Both the position numbers and the translations under genes were made by a program. Under the pieces are notes generated by a model. That model saw only the letters and a list, made by a program, of their open reading frames with translations. It was not told the origin of the DNA and searched no databases. DNA of 34,983 nucleotides from Thermoplasmatota archaeon (lineage in GTDB: Archaea; Thermoplasmatota; Poseidoniia; Poseidoniales; Poseidoniaceae). Position 1 is the stretch's first letter. Every line of letters begins with the position of its first letter. The stretch is from positions 1-34,983 of the forward strand of contig JAURMD010000145.1 in assembly GCA_030830875.1 (NCBI GenBank), in the 5' to 3' direction. Below are positions 1-8,380 of the stretch, one piece after another.

Positions 1-1664
1 AGCAGCGCGCCGTCCTCTTCGAGGGCCTCAAACCCGTCGGCCATGAACATGGAACTGCGTTCGTCCACCAAAAGCCGGCCGCTCAACTTGACCCTGCGGC
101 CAAGCCAGCGTGCCCTTAGCGACTGCACCCACGTTGCTGCCCCCAAGTCGTCGATGACGGCCCTCAGACGGTCCATTTCCAGGCCGAGAACAGCCAACGC
201 CGCTTCACGACCGACGAACACCGAGAGCGACTCAGCATCGCCCTGCACCACCAAGCGGAGGCGAACGTCTTCATCGCCCTGCTGGACGCCATGATCGATG
301 CAGGTACCGTCGCGTAGAACGCGGCGGCAATCGCTGCATCGGGCGATGAGCCCAGAATCATCGCGAACGCTCACGACGTATCCTTCAGTGGCGACGCCAA
401 CACGTCCGCTGCCGATGGCAAGGTCATCGAGCGAAACGTCGACAGCGTGGTTGTCGAGGTCGATGCTCGCCTCCCAAGGTGCTTCCTTGAGGACCTCGAC
501 TTGCTTCGCTTCGTCCACTGTGATGTCAGGAACACCTTGCCAAGCACGGACACGAACGCCGGTGAGGCGGACAGTGATGGGGAGGTCGTCCACCGAAATC
601 GGGAGGTCAATCCAAGCACTCATTCGGCATTGGCCACTCGGGTCGGCCACACGCCCAGACCACAGGTGCCGTTCTTGCCCCTCCCGAGTGAAGGTGCGCT
701 TCTGCCATTCATGCACCTCCACCACGCATGTGACGTCACGTGCTCCGTCCCGAAGGCCGGCGATGGTCAGCGCACTGGACGCATTGAGGTCTTCTGCTGA
801 ACCGAACGATGCATCATGGTATGCCTCGATGGTCGTGGTACGACCAAAATTGAGTTCTGGAGTGTCCCTGAAACTTCGCACGGTGGCTCCGTCCACCTTG
901 ACCAGTTGCCCAACCTCAAGGTCAACCGGTTCCCATGAGAGGAATCCGACGGACCCGGATGCATCAGCGAGTCGACCACGAACCACATCGATGCTGCCTG
1001 AACCGTCACGTCGATGGATTTGGTCCGGACGAACGGCGAGGACGCGTCCGACAATGCAGACCGTCCCCGCTTGGGGCAACTCAGCGATGGCCATGGGCTC
1101 CCCTGGAACCACGACCGGCGCCGAGCCTTCCTCCAGCACCACGACGCGGGTGGATTGATTGACGTTCAGCGACCGTCGCCCTTGGTATTCGTTCACCGAA
1201 GCGCCTTCCAGCCGAACGATGCTCCCTGACCGAAGCTCCTGTTTTGGGGCCCAGTCCTTGTACTCCCATCGGGTCGACGGGGCGGCGGAATCGTAGGGAA
1301 GGTCCTCGAGCAAGCCGAAGGCAATGGTACGCGCCTCACCACGCACGGTTTGCTCCCGGACGTTGTGCGAAACGATGCGAACGGTGATCTCAACGTTTTG
1401 GTCGTCACCGTTGAGCTGTTCAAACCGTTCAACCGTCTTCATCGGGCGGGGGGCTTGTCCGGCGTTCGAACCACGGACGGGGGTGCCACCCGCTGGTGCA
1501 GCATTGACCTGAAGCGTACGAATGATGGAGTGAATGGAGTCCTGGGGAGGAATCAGAAATTCTTCCTCGTACTGCCTGAAGGCGGCGACGACGTCCGCTT
1601 CACTGGCCTGAGGACACGCGTCGAGCACGAGCGCGACGTGGTCTCCGTAGGGGTGGTCGCTCAT
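1..1664 (-). CDS. rpa: Replication protein A (archaeal multi-OB-fold ssDNA-binding protein with zinc finger); C-terminal end runs off the left edge of the window
   Basis: Absent from the supplied ORF track because its stop lies outside the window. Manual translation of the minus strand from ATG 1664-1662 stays open for 554 codons to position 3 (MSDHPYGDHVALVLDACPQASEADVV ... ERSSMFMADGFEALEEDGAL). It contains repeated OB-fold-like blocks (GTVCIVGRVLAVRPDQIHRRDGSGSIDVVRGRLADASGSVGFLSWEP; VTCVVEVHEWQKRTFTREGQERHLWSGRVADPSGQCRMSAWID). It also has a CxxC-x8-CxxH zinc finger (CSDCRRVLRDGTCIDH), as in euryarchaeal RPA. GGAGG (1672-1676) lies 7 nt upstream of the ATG. No listed minus-strand ORF shares this frame, consistent with it being open throughout. 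Confidence 0.8.
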   Translation of the reverse strand, partial: MSDHPYGDHVALVLDACPQASEADVVAAFRQYEEEFLIPPQDSIHSIIRTLQVNAAPAGGTPVRGSNAGQAPRPMKTVERFEQLNGDDQNVEITVRIVSHNVREQTVRGEARTIAFGLLEDLPYDSAAPSTRWEYKDWAPKQELRSGSIVRLEGASVNEYQGRRSLNVNQSTRVVVLEEGSAPVVVPGEPMAIAELPQAGTVCIVGRVLAVRPDQIHRRDGSGSIDVVRGRLADASGSVGFLSWEPVDLEVGQLVKVDGATVRSFRDTPELNFGRTTTIEAYHDASFGSAEDLNASSALTIAGLRDGARDVTCVVEVHEWQKRTFTREGQERHLWSGRVADPSGQCRMSAWIDLPISVDDLPITVRLTGVRVRAWQGVPDITVDEAKQVEVLKEAPWEASIDLDNHAVDVSLDDLAIGSGRVGVATEGYVVSVRDDSGLIARCSDCRRVLRDGTCIDHGVQQGDEDVRLRLVVQGDAESLSVFVGREAALAVLGLEMDRLRAVIDDLGAATWVQSLRARWLGRRVKLSGRLLVDERSSMFMADGFEALEEDGAL

Positions 1665-1870
1665 TCGCGCCCCTCCACCTGCGTGGTTGCCTTCATGGGC
1701 CAGCATGGTGGACTGGCGGTGGATGCACGTGCGGATTGGTTGAGACTGGACACTTCCTTCACCTCCTCGGACTTCGCAAGCCAAGTCGAGGGCCTTTGAA
1801 CCCTCCCAAACCTCAGCGATGGTGAACCGTCACGACCGACGAGCGCGTCCGTCACGTTGCGACCACGCAT
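1661..1870 (-). CDS. Possible small ORF (69 aa) exactly bridging the pmbA stop and the rpa start; hypothetical, may be non-coding
   Basis: ATG 1870-1868 overlaps the pmbA stop (TGATG). Its stop TGA 1663-1661 overlaps the rpa ATG (ATGA). Product is MRGRNVTDALVGRDGSPSLRFGRVQRPSTWLAKSEEVKEVSSLNQSARASTASPPCWPMKATTQVEGRE. Third-position GC looked somewhat lower than in neighbouring genes by a rough manual count, and I recognise no family. Confidence 0.3.
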   Translation of the reverse strand: MRGRNVTDALVGRDGSPSLRFGRVQRPSTWLAKSEEVKEVSSLNQSARASTASPPCWPMKATTQVEGRE

Positions 1871-3270
1871 CACGCTGGATTTACGCCGAGGCTTGCCTTG
1901 AACAGGACGTCAGCGAGGTGAAGCGAACCTCCCGGTCGCCCGTCGCGTTGAGGAGCGGCCGCCAACACGACCTCCCCGCGAAGCGCTGTGGCCAGGTTGC
2001 CCGTGAGGCCGGCTTGACGAACGGCACCAACCACCTCGCCGTCCACAATCCGGAGCACGCTTGAGGTGGTGACCGAGAAATCGCCCGTGGTGGGGTTTGC
2101 GGTATGTGCACCCATCACGTCGTGCACCAACCAGCCCTCATCGACTTGCTGAATCATCGCCTCAGAGGATGGACGTGAGGCGGTCGAGGTCAACACAAGG
2201 TCGTGGGTCGACGTGCTCGGTGGGGCACCTATCGAACGAGAGGAGGACCCGGTGCTCTCCGCATGCTCCACCTGTCCGTCTGCCACCGCCTTGGCAGCAC
2301 CACGAACGGACCAGTTTGCGGCGACAAAGCGCCCGCCGTCAACGATGGTGCGGGTCGACGTTGGAACCCCATCACCGTCGATCGACGCGGTCATCGCGCC
2401 ACCCTCCAACCGGCCGTCGTCGACAATCGACAGGTGCTGGGCCATGACGCGCTCGCCGAGGCGCCCCGACCAGAGGGATTCGTTTCGTGCCAGTCGGGGT
2501 CCATTGATGGCTCGAGGAACGATCATGCCAAAGAGGGAGCCGAAGGCACCATCCGAGAGAATTACGTCCTGGGGCCCAGAAGGACCATCACGGACGGAAA
2601 TTGGGTCGCGCGTACAGGTGGCCCATTGGAGCGCAAGATCAACGCAATCCGGTACTTCGGGAAGCAGCCCATCGGCCGACGTCCCCTCCCATCCGCTCGT
2701 CAGTTGATCGTCATGGTCGATGGTCACCTGAACACCCAACCCCATGGAGGTTGAGGCACTGGAACGTTCAATGCCTTCGCTCGAAAGGAAGGCCGTTGCA
2801 GAGGCGGATGCACTGATGCCCCCTCCTGTCACCACCGCGTTTTCCTGGACGGAGCCCACGTAGGCGAGGACGGCATCCGCGCGCTGCATGAGGTCGTCGG
2901 CATCAAGGTCGTCAACGCTCCGATGGAAGGCCGACGGCGTGGAGTGCACCGTGGACGCCCCTGGGAGTTCAAAGCCATCAACGGAGGGGGAGCGACGAAG
3001 GATGGACATCGCTTCGTTGACCGCCCGTTCCGCACCAGAGGCATCCACAAGCCTGGCGAAAGCGAACCTCCCATCTTGCACAATTCGAAGGCCAAATCCT
3101 CCTTCCCCTCCGCTGCCAACAAGGGAGATCCGTCCTGCTTCAATATCGACCTCAGTCCCGTAGGTTTGAGATCCCAAAACGTCCCATTGCGCAACGCCGG
3201 CCCGCGTGCATGCGGCGCCAATGACGCTACAAGCCTCCTGAACCCGCTCGAGTGCCCCTTCTGCGAGCAT
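1870..3270 (-). CDS. pmbA: PmbA/TldE-type metalloprotease subunit (TldD/PmbA family)
   Basis: Minus ORF 1870..3411. I prefer the internal ATG at 3270 (MLAEGALERVQEA...), which sits 4 nt after the tldD stop and has GGTGA upstream. Family-typical segments are SGGEGGFGLRIVQDGRFAF and the C-terminal GAHTANPTTGDFSVTTSSVLRIVDGEVVG. It is paired with tldD immediately upstream. Confidence 0.8.
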   Translation of the reverse strand: MLAEGALERVQEACSVIGAACTRAGVAQWDVLGSQTYGTEVDIEAGRISLVGSGGEGGFGLRIVQDGRFAFARLVDASGAERAVNEAMSILRRSPSVDGFELPGASTVHSTPSAFHRSVDDLDADDLMQRADAVLAYVGSVQENAVVTGGGISASASATAFLSSEGIERSSASTSMGLGVQVTIDHDDQLTSGWEGTSADGLLPEVPDCVDLALQWATCTRDPISVRDGPSGPQDVILSDGAFGSLFGMIVPRAINGPRLARNESLWSGRLGERVMAQHLSIVDDGRLEGGAMTASIDGDGVPTSTRTIVDGGRFVAANWSVRGAAKAVADGQVEHAESTGSSSRSIGAPPSTSTHDLVLTSTASRPSSEAMIQQVDEGWLVHDVMGAHTANPTTGDFSVTTSSVLRIVDGEVVGAVRQAGLTGNLATALRGEVVLAAAPQRDGRPGGSLHLADVLFKASLGVNPA

Positions 3271-3274
3271 GGTC

Positions 3275-4741
3275 TCACCCAACGAGAGCGCTGCTGATTC
3301 GCATGTAGGGCCCACCGTCCCCAACGGGGACGGTTTGCCCTTTGCCACAAAAACCGGGAGAGGCGAGTCCTCCGTCTTTGGCCAAGCCGTCCACGTCGTT
3401 GAGGATCTCAAGCGTCAATCCAGAGACGCTGACGTCCCGAAGCGGTCGAACCAATTCGCCACGTTCGATGAGCCACGCCTCTTGAGCAGCGAATTGGAAG
3501 GAGCCTCGTCCCGTGTCCACTTGCCCACCGCGGGTCCCGCAGGCGAGCACACCATGCTCGACGTCCTCAAGCAGGTCGTCGAGGTCCCTGTGCGTGCCCC
3601 CATGAATGATGGTGTTGGACATGCGCACGAGCGGGTGATGCAATCCGTCTTGTGCTCTGGCGCCTGCGTTGGGTTCAAGGCTGAATTTCGCTGCGGTTTC
3701 CCGATGGTTGAGGTATTCGTTCAGCACACCGTGCCGTACGAGCATTTTCTCGCGAGCATTCACTCCTTCGTCGTCCACGGGGTACGCCCCATAGCCTCCC
3801 CGGATGGTCGGATCGTCGACCACCGTGACAATACCGGACCCAATCTTCTGACCAAGTCGTCCGTCTAGGCACGAATCTCCAGCGGCTACGAGGTCGGCCT
3901 CGCACGGATGCCCCAAGGCCTCGTGAACGTAGACACCGGTGAGGTCTGGGTCGGCCACCAGCGTAAATCGACCGGAGGGTGCTGCCTCCGCACTGAGTTG
4001 ACGGATGGCGGCGTCTTGACCATCCCGTCCAAGGGCACCGAGGTCGGCTTCGAGGATGCTGGCCGCTCCACCTTCCCCTCCGTACCTTGTTCTATAGGAG
4101 GCCACGCGGTCACCGTCACGCGCCGTGACGGTGCAGTGGAGCAGCGCACGCTGCAACGTCCATAGGCGATCCATTCCTTCGCTGGTGAGCAGCTCCGTCT
4201 GCAGGTGCTCGTCGGCCCACCCCGTCGCAACTGAGGCGATGCGCTCGTGCTCCCGGGCTTCTTTCTCCACAGCAGCCATCGCGTCAAGACGTTCGGAGAG
4301 GTCGAGTGTTCGAACGTCCCCCCGGGGATGCCAATGCACTTCGTCTTGGAAGATTGGTACTTCGGCAAGTTCGACACCCTCCACAGAGGTCGCCCGACGG
4401 CTGGCAACGGCCCGCGCGAGTTTGAGGGTGGATTCTCCTTGGGCGTAGACGCTCTCAATGTCGGTCGTGGAGTGGGTGCCCCACGCCCCGTCGGCCAAGA
4501 CGCGGAGCGTGACGCCGACGTCCTGAGATGGAACCGCGGACTCCATGGCCCCGTCCCTGACCTGAACGGTCGTTGAATCGCAGGACATGGCACGCAGTTC
4601 CACGTACGAGGCGCCCATGGACGTCAGACGGTCGAACATCGCGTTGGCGCGGCCACCATCGAGCCATCGATGCGCCTCGGCACGACGGTCGAGCACCATG
4701 GTGCTGAAGGTTGAGCAGCGGTGTTTGAACCCTCGCCTCAT
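3275..4741 (-). CDS. tldD: TldD metalloprotease (TldD/PmbA family, HExxxH)
   Basis: 488-aa ORF containing the TldD metal-binding motif HEALGHPCEADL. Other family-typical segments are GVTLRVLADGAWG and the C-terminal DTGRGSFQFAAQEAWLIERGELVRPL. The start ATG 4741 overlaps the cgi121 stop (ATGA). An internal start at M15 is possible. Confidence 0.85.
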   Translation of the reverse strand: MRRGFKHRCSTFSTMVLDRRAEAHRWLDGGRANAMFDRLTSMGASYVELRAMSCDSTTVQVRDGAMESAVPSQDVGVTLRVLADGAWGTHSTTDIESVYAQGESTLKLARAVASRRATSVEGVELAEVPIFQDEVHWHPRGDVRTLDLSERLDAMAAVEKEAREHERIASVATGWADEHLQTELLTSEGMDRLWTLQRALLHCTVTARDGDRVASYRTRYGGEGGAASILEADLGALGRDGQDAAIRQLSAEAAPSGRFTLVADPDLTGVYVHEALGHPCEADLVAAGDSCLDGRLGQKIGSGIVTVVDDPTIRGGYGAYPVDDEGVNAREKMLVRHGVLNEYLNHRETAAKFSLEPNAGARAQDGLHHPLVRMSNTIIHGGTHRDLDDLLEDVEHGVLACGTRGGQVDTGRGSFQFAAQEAWLIERGELVRPLRDVSVSGLTLEILNDVDGLAKDGGLASPGFCGKGQTVPVGDGGPYMRISSALVG

Positions 4742-5211
4742 GCAAGCAAGTCCGATTCAGCGATCAGCCCGATGGAAAGGAGTTCGGCATCGCCTTCGCT
4801 CGGAAGGCCGAGACGGCTTCGACCGTTCGCGGTCATTGGGTGCGCATCAACCGATTGAAGGCCCGCGGACTCCATCCGTTGTTCGACCTCCCCAAGGTCC
4901 ACAGCAAGCCCCACAACCCACCCCGAGGTCGCCTTCGAGGCCAGTCCTACCGCACGAATGGCTTCTCCAACGTGATGCGAACCAGCAAGGCATCGCATGA
5001 ATTCGGCCCCAAGGCTTCGAGCAACGGCCGAACCTCGTTCCCATCGGCGCTTGGCAGCGATGGCAGCGGCGGCGATCTGCCGCTCGGAGGCAACCACGTC
5101 GGACGCCAACAGGACGATTGCACCCTCTTCAAGTCCGTCTTCAAGCACCATGGCAAGGGCCCGAGGGTCGTCGACCGGGTCTGAATTCCACGCCACAAGG
5201 TGGGCGGACAT
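4738..5211 (-). CDS. cgi121: KEOPS complex subunit Cgi121-like protein
   Basis: 157 aa. The segment LLASDVVASERQIAAAAIAAKRRWERGSAVARSLGAEFMRCLAGSHHVGEAIRAVGL resembles my recollection of archaeal Cgi121 (…NADVVATKKHVLHAINQA…EILVRASGQRQIHEAIKIIG…). Size matches archaeal Cgi121. The assignment rests on memory-based similarity only. Confidence 0.6.
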   Translation of the reverse strand: MSAHLVAWNSDPVDDPRALAMVLEDGLEEGAIVLLASDVVASERQIAAAAIAAKRRWERGSAVARSLGAEFMRCLAGSHHVGEAIRAVGLASKATSGWVVGLAVDLGEVEQRMESAGLQSVDAHPMTANGRSRLGLPSEGDAELLSIGLIAESDLLA

Positions 5212-5223
5212 GCTTCATGGCGG

Positions 5224-7392
5224 TCATGTACCGTCTTGAACGCTCGTCTCCCGCTCGCCCGGCAACGGCAGATCGTCGGACCGCTCATGGTCCTCGGAGG
5301 GCAACAAGGACCCTGTAAAGCGAGCCGCATCGTCAAGCATTCGCTGAACCAGCACAGGACCCCAGCCCCGCCATCCTTCCACTTGACGGCGTGTTGCAAC
5401 GGGCATGTTGAGGAGGTCTTCAGGCGTTCGAATCCCAAGTTCAGCCAGCCTTCTTGCTCGCTGACGACCAACATGACGGACCTTCACCAAGCGAAGCAAA
5501 TCGGCCTTGCAGCCATGCCGAACACGATGCCGTGCTTCGTCCAACAGCGATGCCAAGTGGTCCAGTGCAGGAAGGTGCTCGTCGATGAACACGTCGTCAG
5601 TGGCCAACACTGCAGCAGCGCCTGCCAACAACCATGCCATCAAGTCGGTCCGATGGTGAAGGTCACCCGGAGCCACGTCGAGCGAGGCTTCAATCTCCTT
5701 GAGCGTGCGTTCCTCAATCCATGACTCAACCAACCATGCCGATTTGACGGTGCTGAGATCCCGCTCCTCGTATTCGCGGTCGGCCAGAACCTCATCCACG
5801 ACCGTGGCGTATTTTTTCCATAAGTCGGAATCCCGCTCCGTATCCTTGGCTTTCAGGAAGAGGTGATCAAAATCGTTCGTCGACGCTGCGAGGTGAAGCA
5901 AGCCAAAGCACGTGACGGGGGCATCGCCACGAACAAGCCGTCGAACACCACGACGAAGCCCCGTTCGAAGCACGGAGGCCGATGCAGGATCGAGGTACAT
6001 ACGCGTGACCACGCGCCCCATCTCGGTCGCTTCGTAGACCGTGGCAGGGTCGCGAACGTTGACGGCCTTGACTTCTGCCATGCGCAAGGACGAAGCCGGA
6101 GTGAAACCGAAGGTGGACGGTTCGGAGGATGAACGACGGGGCGAGGGCGTCGCCGGCGAGGGCTCCTCAAGCAGAAGGTCGTCCCTCCCTGTGGCGGGGG
6201 TGAGCCAGGCCGGAACCTCATCGTGCCAGTCCACCTCGTCCGCGGGCAGGGTTGGGACGAAATCAGGGTCCGCCTCCAAGCGGCGAAGAAAGCGTTCGCT
6301 GACCAGCCAGTCGAGGATGGCATCGATTCGCTCCATGAGTTGCATGAGGGGCCATTGCCTCGCCAAGAACGTGCGAGAGAAGAAGGCCTCAATCGCTCCA
6401 CGATGCCGAAGTCCTCCTGCGGCGACGGCGGAGAGCAGGTGCATCCTCAGAGCCGCTTCGTTGGCGAGTTTTGACGTGACGTCCTCCACCGGTCCGTGGA
6501 AGTATCGGTCGGCCACCTCATCAGCCACCTCCCAACCGTCGGATCCTTTGCACAACACCCATGCTTCACCAAAATCGTCGTAACGAGGACGCCCTGCACG
6601 ACCAAGCATCTGCCGAACTTCCATGACAGGAAGCGGTCGGCTACCCCCATCTTCGAACCGCTTAACGTCTCGCACCAGCACACGTCGAGCGGGCAAGTTG
6701 ACCCCAGCAGCGAGGGTTGGTGTCGCTGCAATGGCCAACAAGTCGCCTTTTTTGAAGGCCCCTTCCACCGCAGCGCGCTGGGCATGCGTCAATCCCGCAT
6801 GATGAAAGGCAACGCCGTCACGTAGGCAGGAGCGAAGTTGCTCTCCGAGGGTGGATTGTTCACCGGTTGACAAGAGATTCGCGGCCTGCTCCAAACGTCG
6901 CAATCGCTCCGGGTCCTGCTGCTCAAGGTGCTTCCGAACCCTCGGTGCGAGTTTCTTGGCTTCGGACACCGCAGAACGTCGTGTTGAAACGAAAATCAGG
7001 GCTTGTCCTCCTGAGGTCAATGAATCGAGAAGGACAGCCCACGTAGGCTGGGACACGGGCCCTTCGAGCGTTCGCGGTGGGCGAAGGTTGAACGAACCGT
7101 CTGCCCCGGATTGCACTTTCCTCGGTTCGAGGTGAAGGTCGTACAGGGTCGCATACTCCAACGCGACAGGGCGCCACGAAGACACCACAAGGTCGGCCTC
7201 CAACCATGCCGCAAGGTCCTCTGCGTTCCCCACCGTCGCTGAGAGGGCCACGATCTGAGCCTTGGGCCTAAGGTGCCGAAGGCGTGTCAGGTTGATCTCC
7301 AAGGTGGGCCCACGGCTTCCATCGTTGAGCAAATGAAATTCATCGGCGACGATGACGCTCACGTTCGCCATCGTGTCCGCCTTGTTCCGCAT
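5224..7392 (-). CDS. hel308: Hel308/Ski2-like ATP-dependent DNA helicase, C-terminal 722-aa portion (motif II onward); continues upstream in another frame
   Basis: Motif II is IVADEFHLL, followed by SATVGN (motif III), helicase C motifs ([41 protein letters not shown]), a ratchet region and a C-terminal HhH-like domain ([24 protein letters not shown]). Upstream of the annotated Met the same frame reads [20 protein letters not shown] (motif Ib) back to 7521. Confidence 0.9.
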   Translation of the reverse strand: MRNKADTMANVSVIVADEFHLLNDGSRGPTLEINLTRLRHLRPKAQIVALSATVGNAEDLAAWLEADLVVSSWRPVALEYATLYDLHLEPRKVQSGADGSFNLRPPRTLEGPVSQPTWAVLLDSLTSGGQALIFVSTRRSAVSEAKKLAPRVRKHLEQQDPERLRRLEQAANLLSTGEQSTLGEQLRSCLRDGVAFHHAGLTHAQRAAVEGAFKKGDLLAIAATPTLAAGVNLPARRVLVRDVKRFEDGGSRPLPVMEVRQMLGRAGRPRYDDFGEAWVLCKGSDGWEVADEVADRYFHGPVEDVTSKLANEAALRMHLLSAVAAGGLRHRGAIEAFFSRTFLARQWPLMQLMERIDAILDWLVSERFLRRLEADPDFVPTLPADEVDWHDEVPAWLTPATGRDDLLLEEPSPATPSPRRSSSEPSTFGFTPASSLRMAEVKAVNVRDPATVYEATEMGRVVTRMYLDPASASVLRTGLRRGVRRLVRGDAPVTCFGLLHLAASTNDFDHLFLKAKDTERDSDLWKKYATVVDEVLADREYEERDLSTVKSAWLVESWIEERTLKEIEASLDVAPGDLHHRTDLMAWLLAGAAAVLATDDVFIDEHLPALDHLASLLDEARHRVRHGCKADLLRLVKVRHVGRQRARRLAELGIRTPEDLLNMPVATRRQVEGWRGWGPVLVQRMLDDAARFTGSLLPSEDHERSDDLPLPGERETSVQDGT

Positions 7393-7799
7393 GATGGAAT
7401 CGAGTTTCTCGGACGTGCAGACGAGAATATCGCAGTCGTCGATGCGTTGTGCTTCTCCGCTGCGTCCCCGATGCCCAGTCCAACCGAGAGACCAACCGCC
7501 TCTGCGAGGGCGGTCAACTCCTCATGCTTCTCGCTCGCGAGGGCTTTGAGGGGGACGATGTAGACCGCACGACTTCCGGGTGCGACCACGAGCAGGCGAT
7601 GAAGCATCGCGATGTACGCAACGAGGGACTTCCCGCTTGCGGTTGGAATGGCCAACAGAAGGTTTCGGCCGTCGAGAAGCGGCGGCATCGCCTGTGCTTG
7701 AGGAGGATGCAACTGTGCGATGCCCCATGCATCACGTAGGAAGTCAATGGCCATGGACGGCAAGGGCAAACCGTCGATTCGTGCAGCATCGACAGCCAT
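7359..7799 (-). CDS. hel308: Hel308/Ski2-like helicase, N-terminal portion (motifs Q, I, Ia) ending in an out-of-frame tail
   Basis: Contains LHPPQAQAM (Q motif), [10 protein letters not shown] (Walker A) and [12 protein letters not shown] (motif Ia). After [10 protein letters not shown] the translation becomes non-homologous ([16 protein letters not shown]...*), while the homologous continuation lies in the frame of ORF 5224..7392. Confidence 0.85.
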   Translation of the reverse strand: MAVDAARIDGLPLPSMAIDFLRDAWGIAQLHPPQAQAMPPLLDGRNLLLAIPTASGKSLVAYIAMLHRLLVVAPGSRAVYIVPLKALASEKHEELTALAEAVGLSVGLGIGDAAEKHNASTTAIFSSARPRNSIPSCGTRRTRWRT

Positions 7800-7882
7800 A
7801 TTCGATATTCACGGTCGAGAGGACAAAAGGACTGTGCCTCGGGCGGCGACACCCTCAAACCCCACACCCATCAGTGCGAACC

Positions 7883-8380
7883 ATGGCCACAGCAGACATG
7901 GACGCCGTCGACGAACGCCTCGCCATCTTTGATGACGAGCCCGACATCAACGACTGGGTTGAGGTGATGTCGGGTGCGGCCATGGTGCTGCTCGGCCTCT
8001 TCCACATGTTCAGCCCCGGCGACCTCGTGAATCCGGACACCATGCAATGGTTTGCAGCCACGGTCACGGCCGCTGGATTGGTGTGGATTGGGCATGGCCT
8101 GAAGGACATGGCCGTGAAGGAGATTCGCCGTTCGATGGCCATGCTTGAACAGAGCACCAGCGCTGCGCCGGACCATGGGTTGATCCGAGACGTGCTGCTG
8201 AACCCCGACGCGTACCGTGACTTCCTGCTCGATGCCTACCAGCAAGCATGGGAAGACGGCGTGATCACCGAAGAGGAGATGGAAGAACTGCGCTCGTTCC
8301 AACAAGCGCTTCGCATCAGCGATGAGGAAATGGACGAAATTTCAGAACAAGCGAAAGAAGCCGCTCAAGACGCCGAGTGA
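7883..8380 (+). CDS. Small membrane protein with two predicted TM helices and an acidic C-terminal helical region (hypothetical)
   Basis: I use the internal ATG at 7883 of ORF 7580..8380, because the upstream part of that ORF is antisense to hel308. Hydrophobic segments are VMSGAAMVLLGLFHMF and WFAATVTAAGLVWIGHGL. The C-terminus DGVITEEEMEELRSFQQALRISDEEMDEI loosely resembles a TerB/DjlA-type repeat. Confidence 0.55.
   Translation: MATADMDAVDERLAIFDDEPDINDWVEVMSGAAMVLLGLFHMFSPGDLVNPDTMQWFAATVTAAGLVWIGHGLKDMAVKEIRRSMAMLEQSTSAAPDHGLIRDVLLNPDAYRDFLLDAYQQAWEDGVITEEEMEELRSFQQALRISDEEMDEISEQAKEAAQDAE

Noticed and set aside
43-1799. Plus-strand ORFs (43..294, 298..1158 at 286 aa, 447..800, 1350..1799) and short minus-strand ORFs covering the first 1.8 kb
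   Set aside because: Their translations are Ser/Arg/Thr/Pro-rich with no recognisable motifs. They are antisense or out of frame relative to the manually found RPA frame, which has clear OB-fold and Zn-finger features. Long spurious ORFs are expected in GC-rich DNA.
1786-1810. tRNA T-loop-like sequence GGGTTCAAAGGCCC on the minus strand, and GGTTGTTCGAACC at 11487-11499
   Set aside because: The flanking bases do not form a 5-bp T stem with a 7-nt loop. No acceptor, D or anticodon arms could be drawn. The second site lies inside or next to a coding frame.
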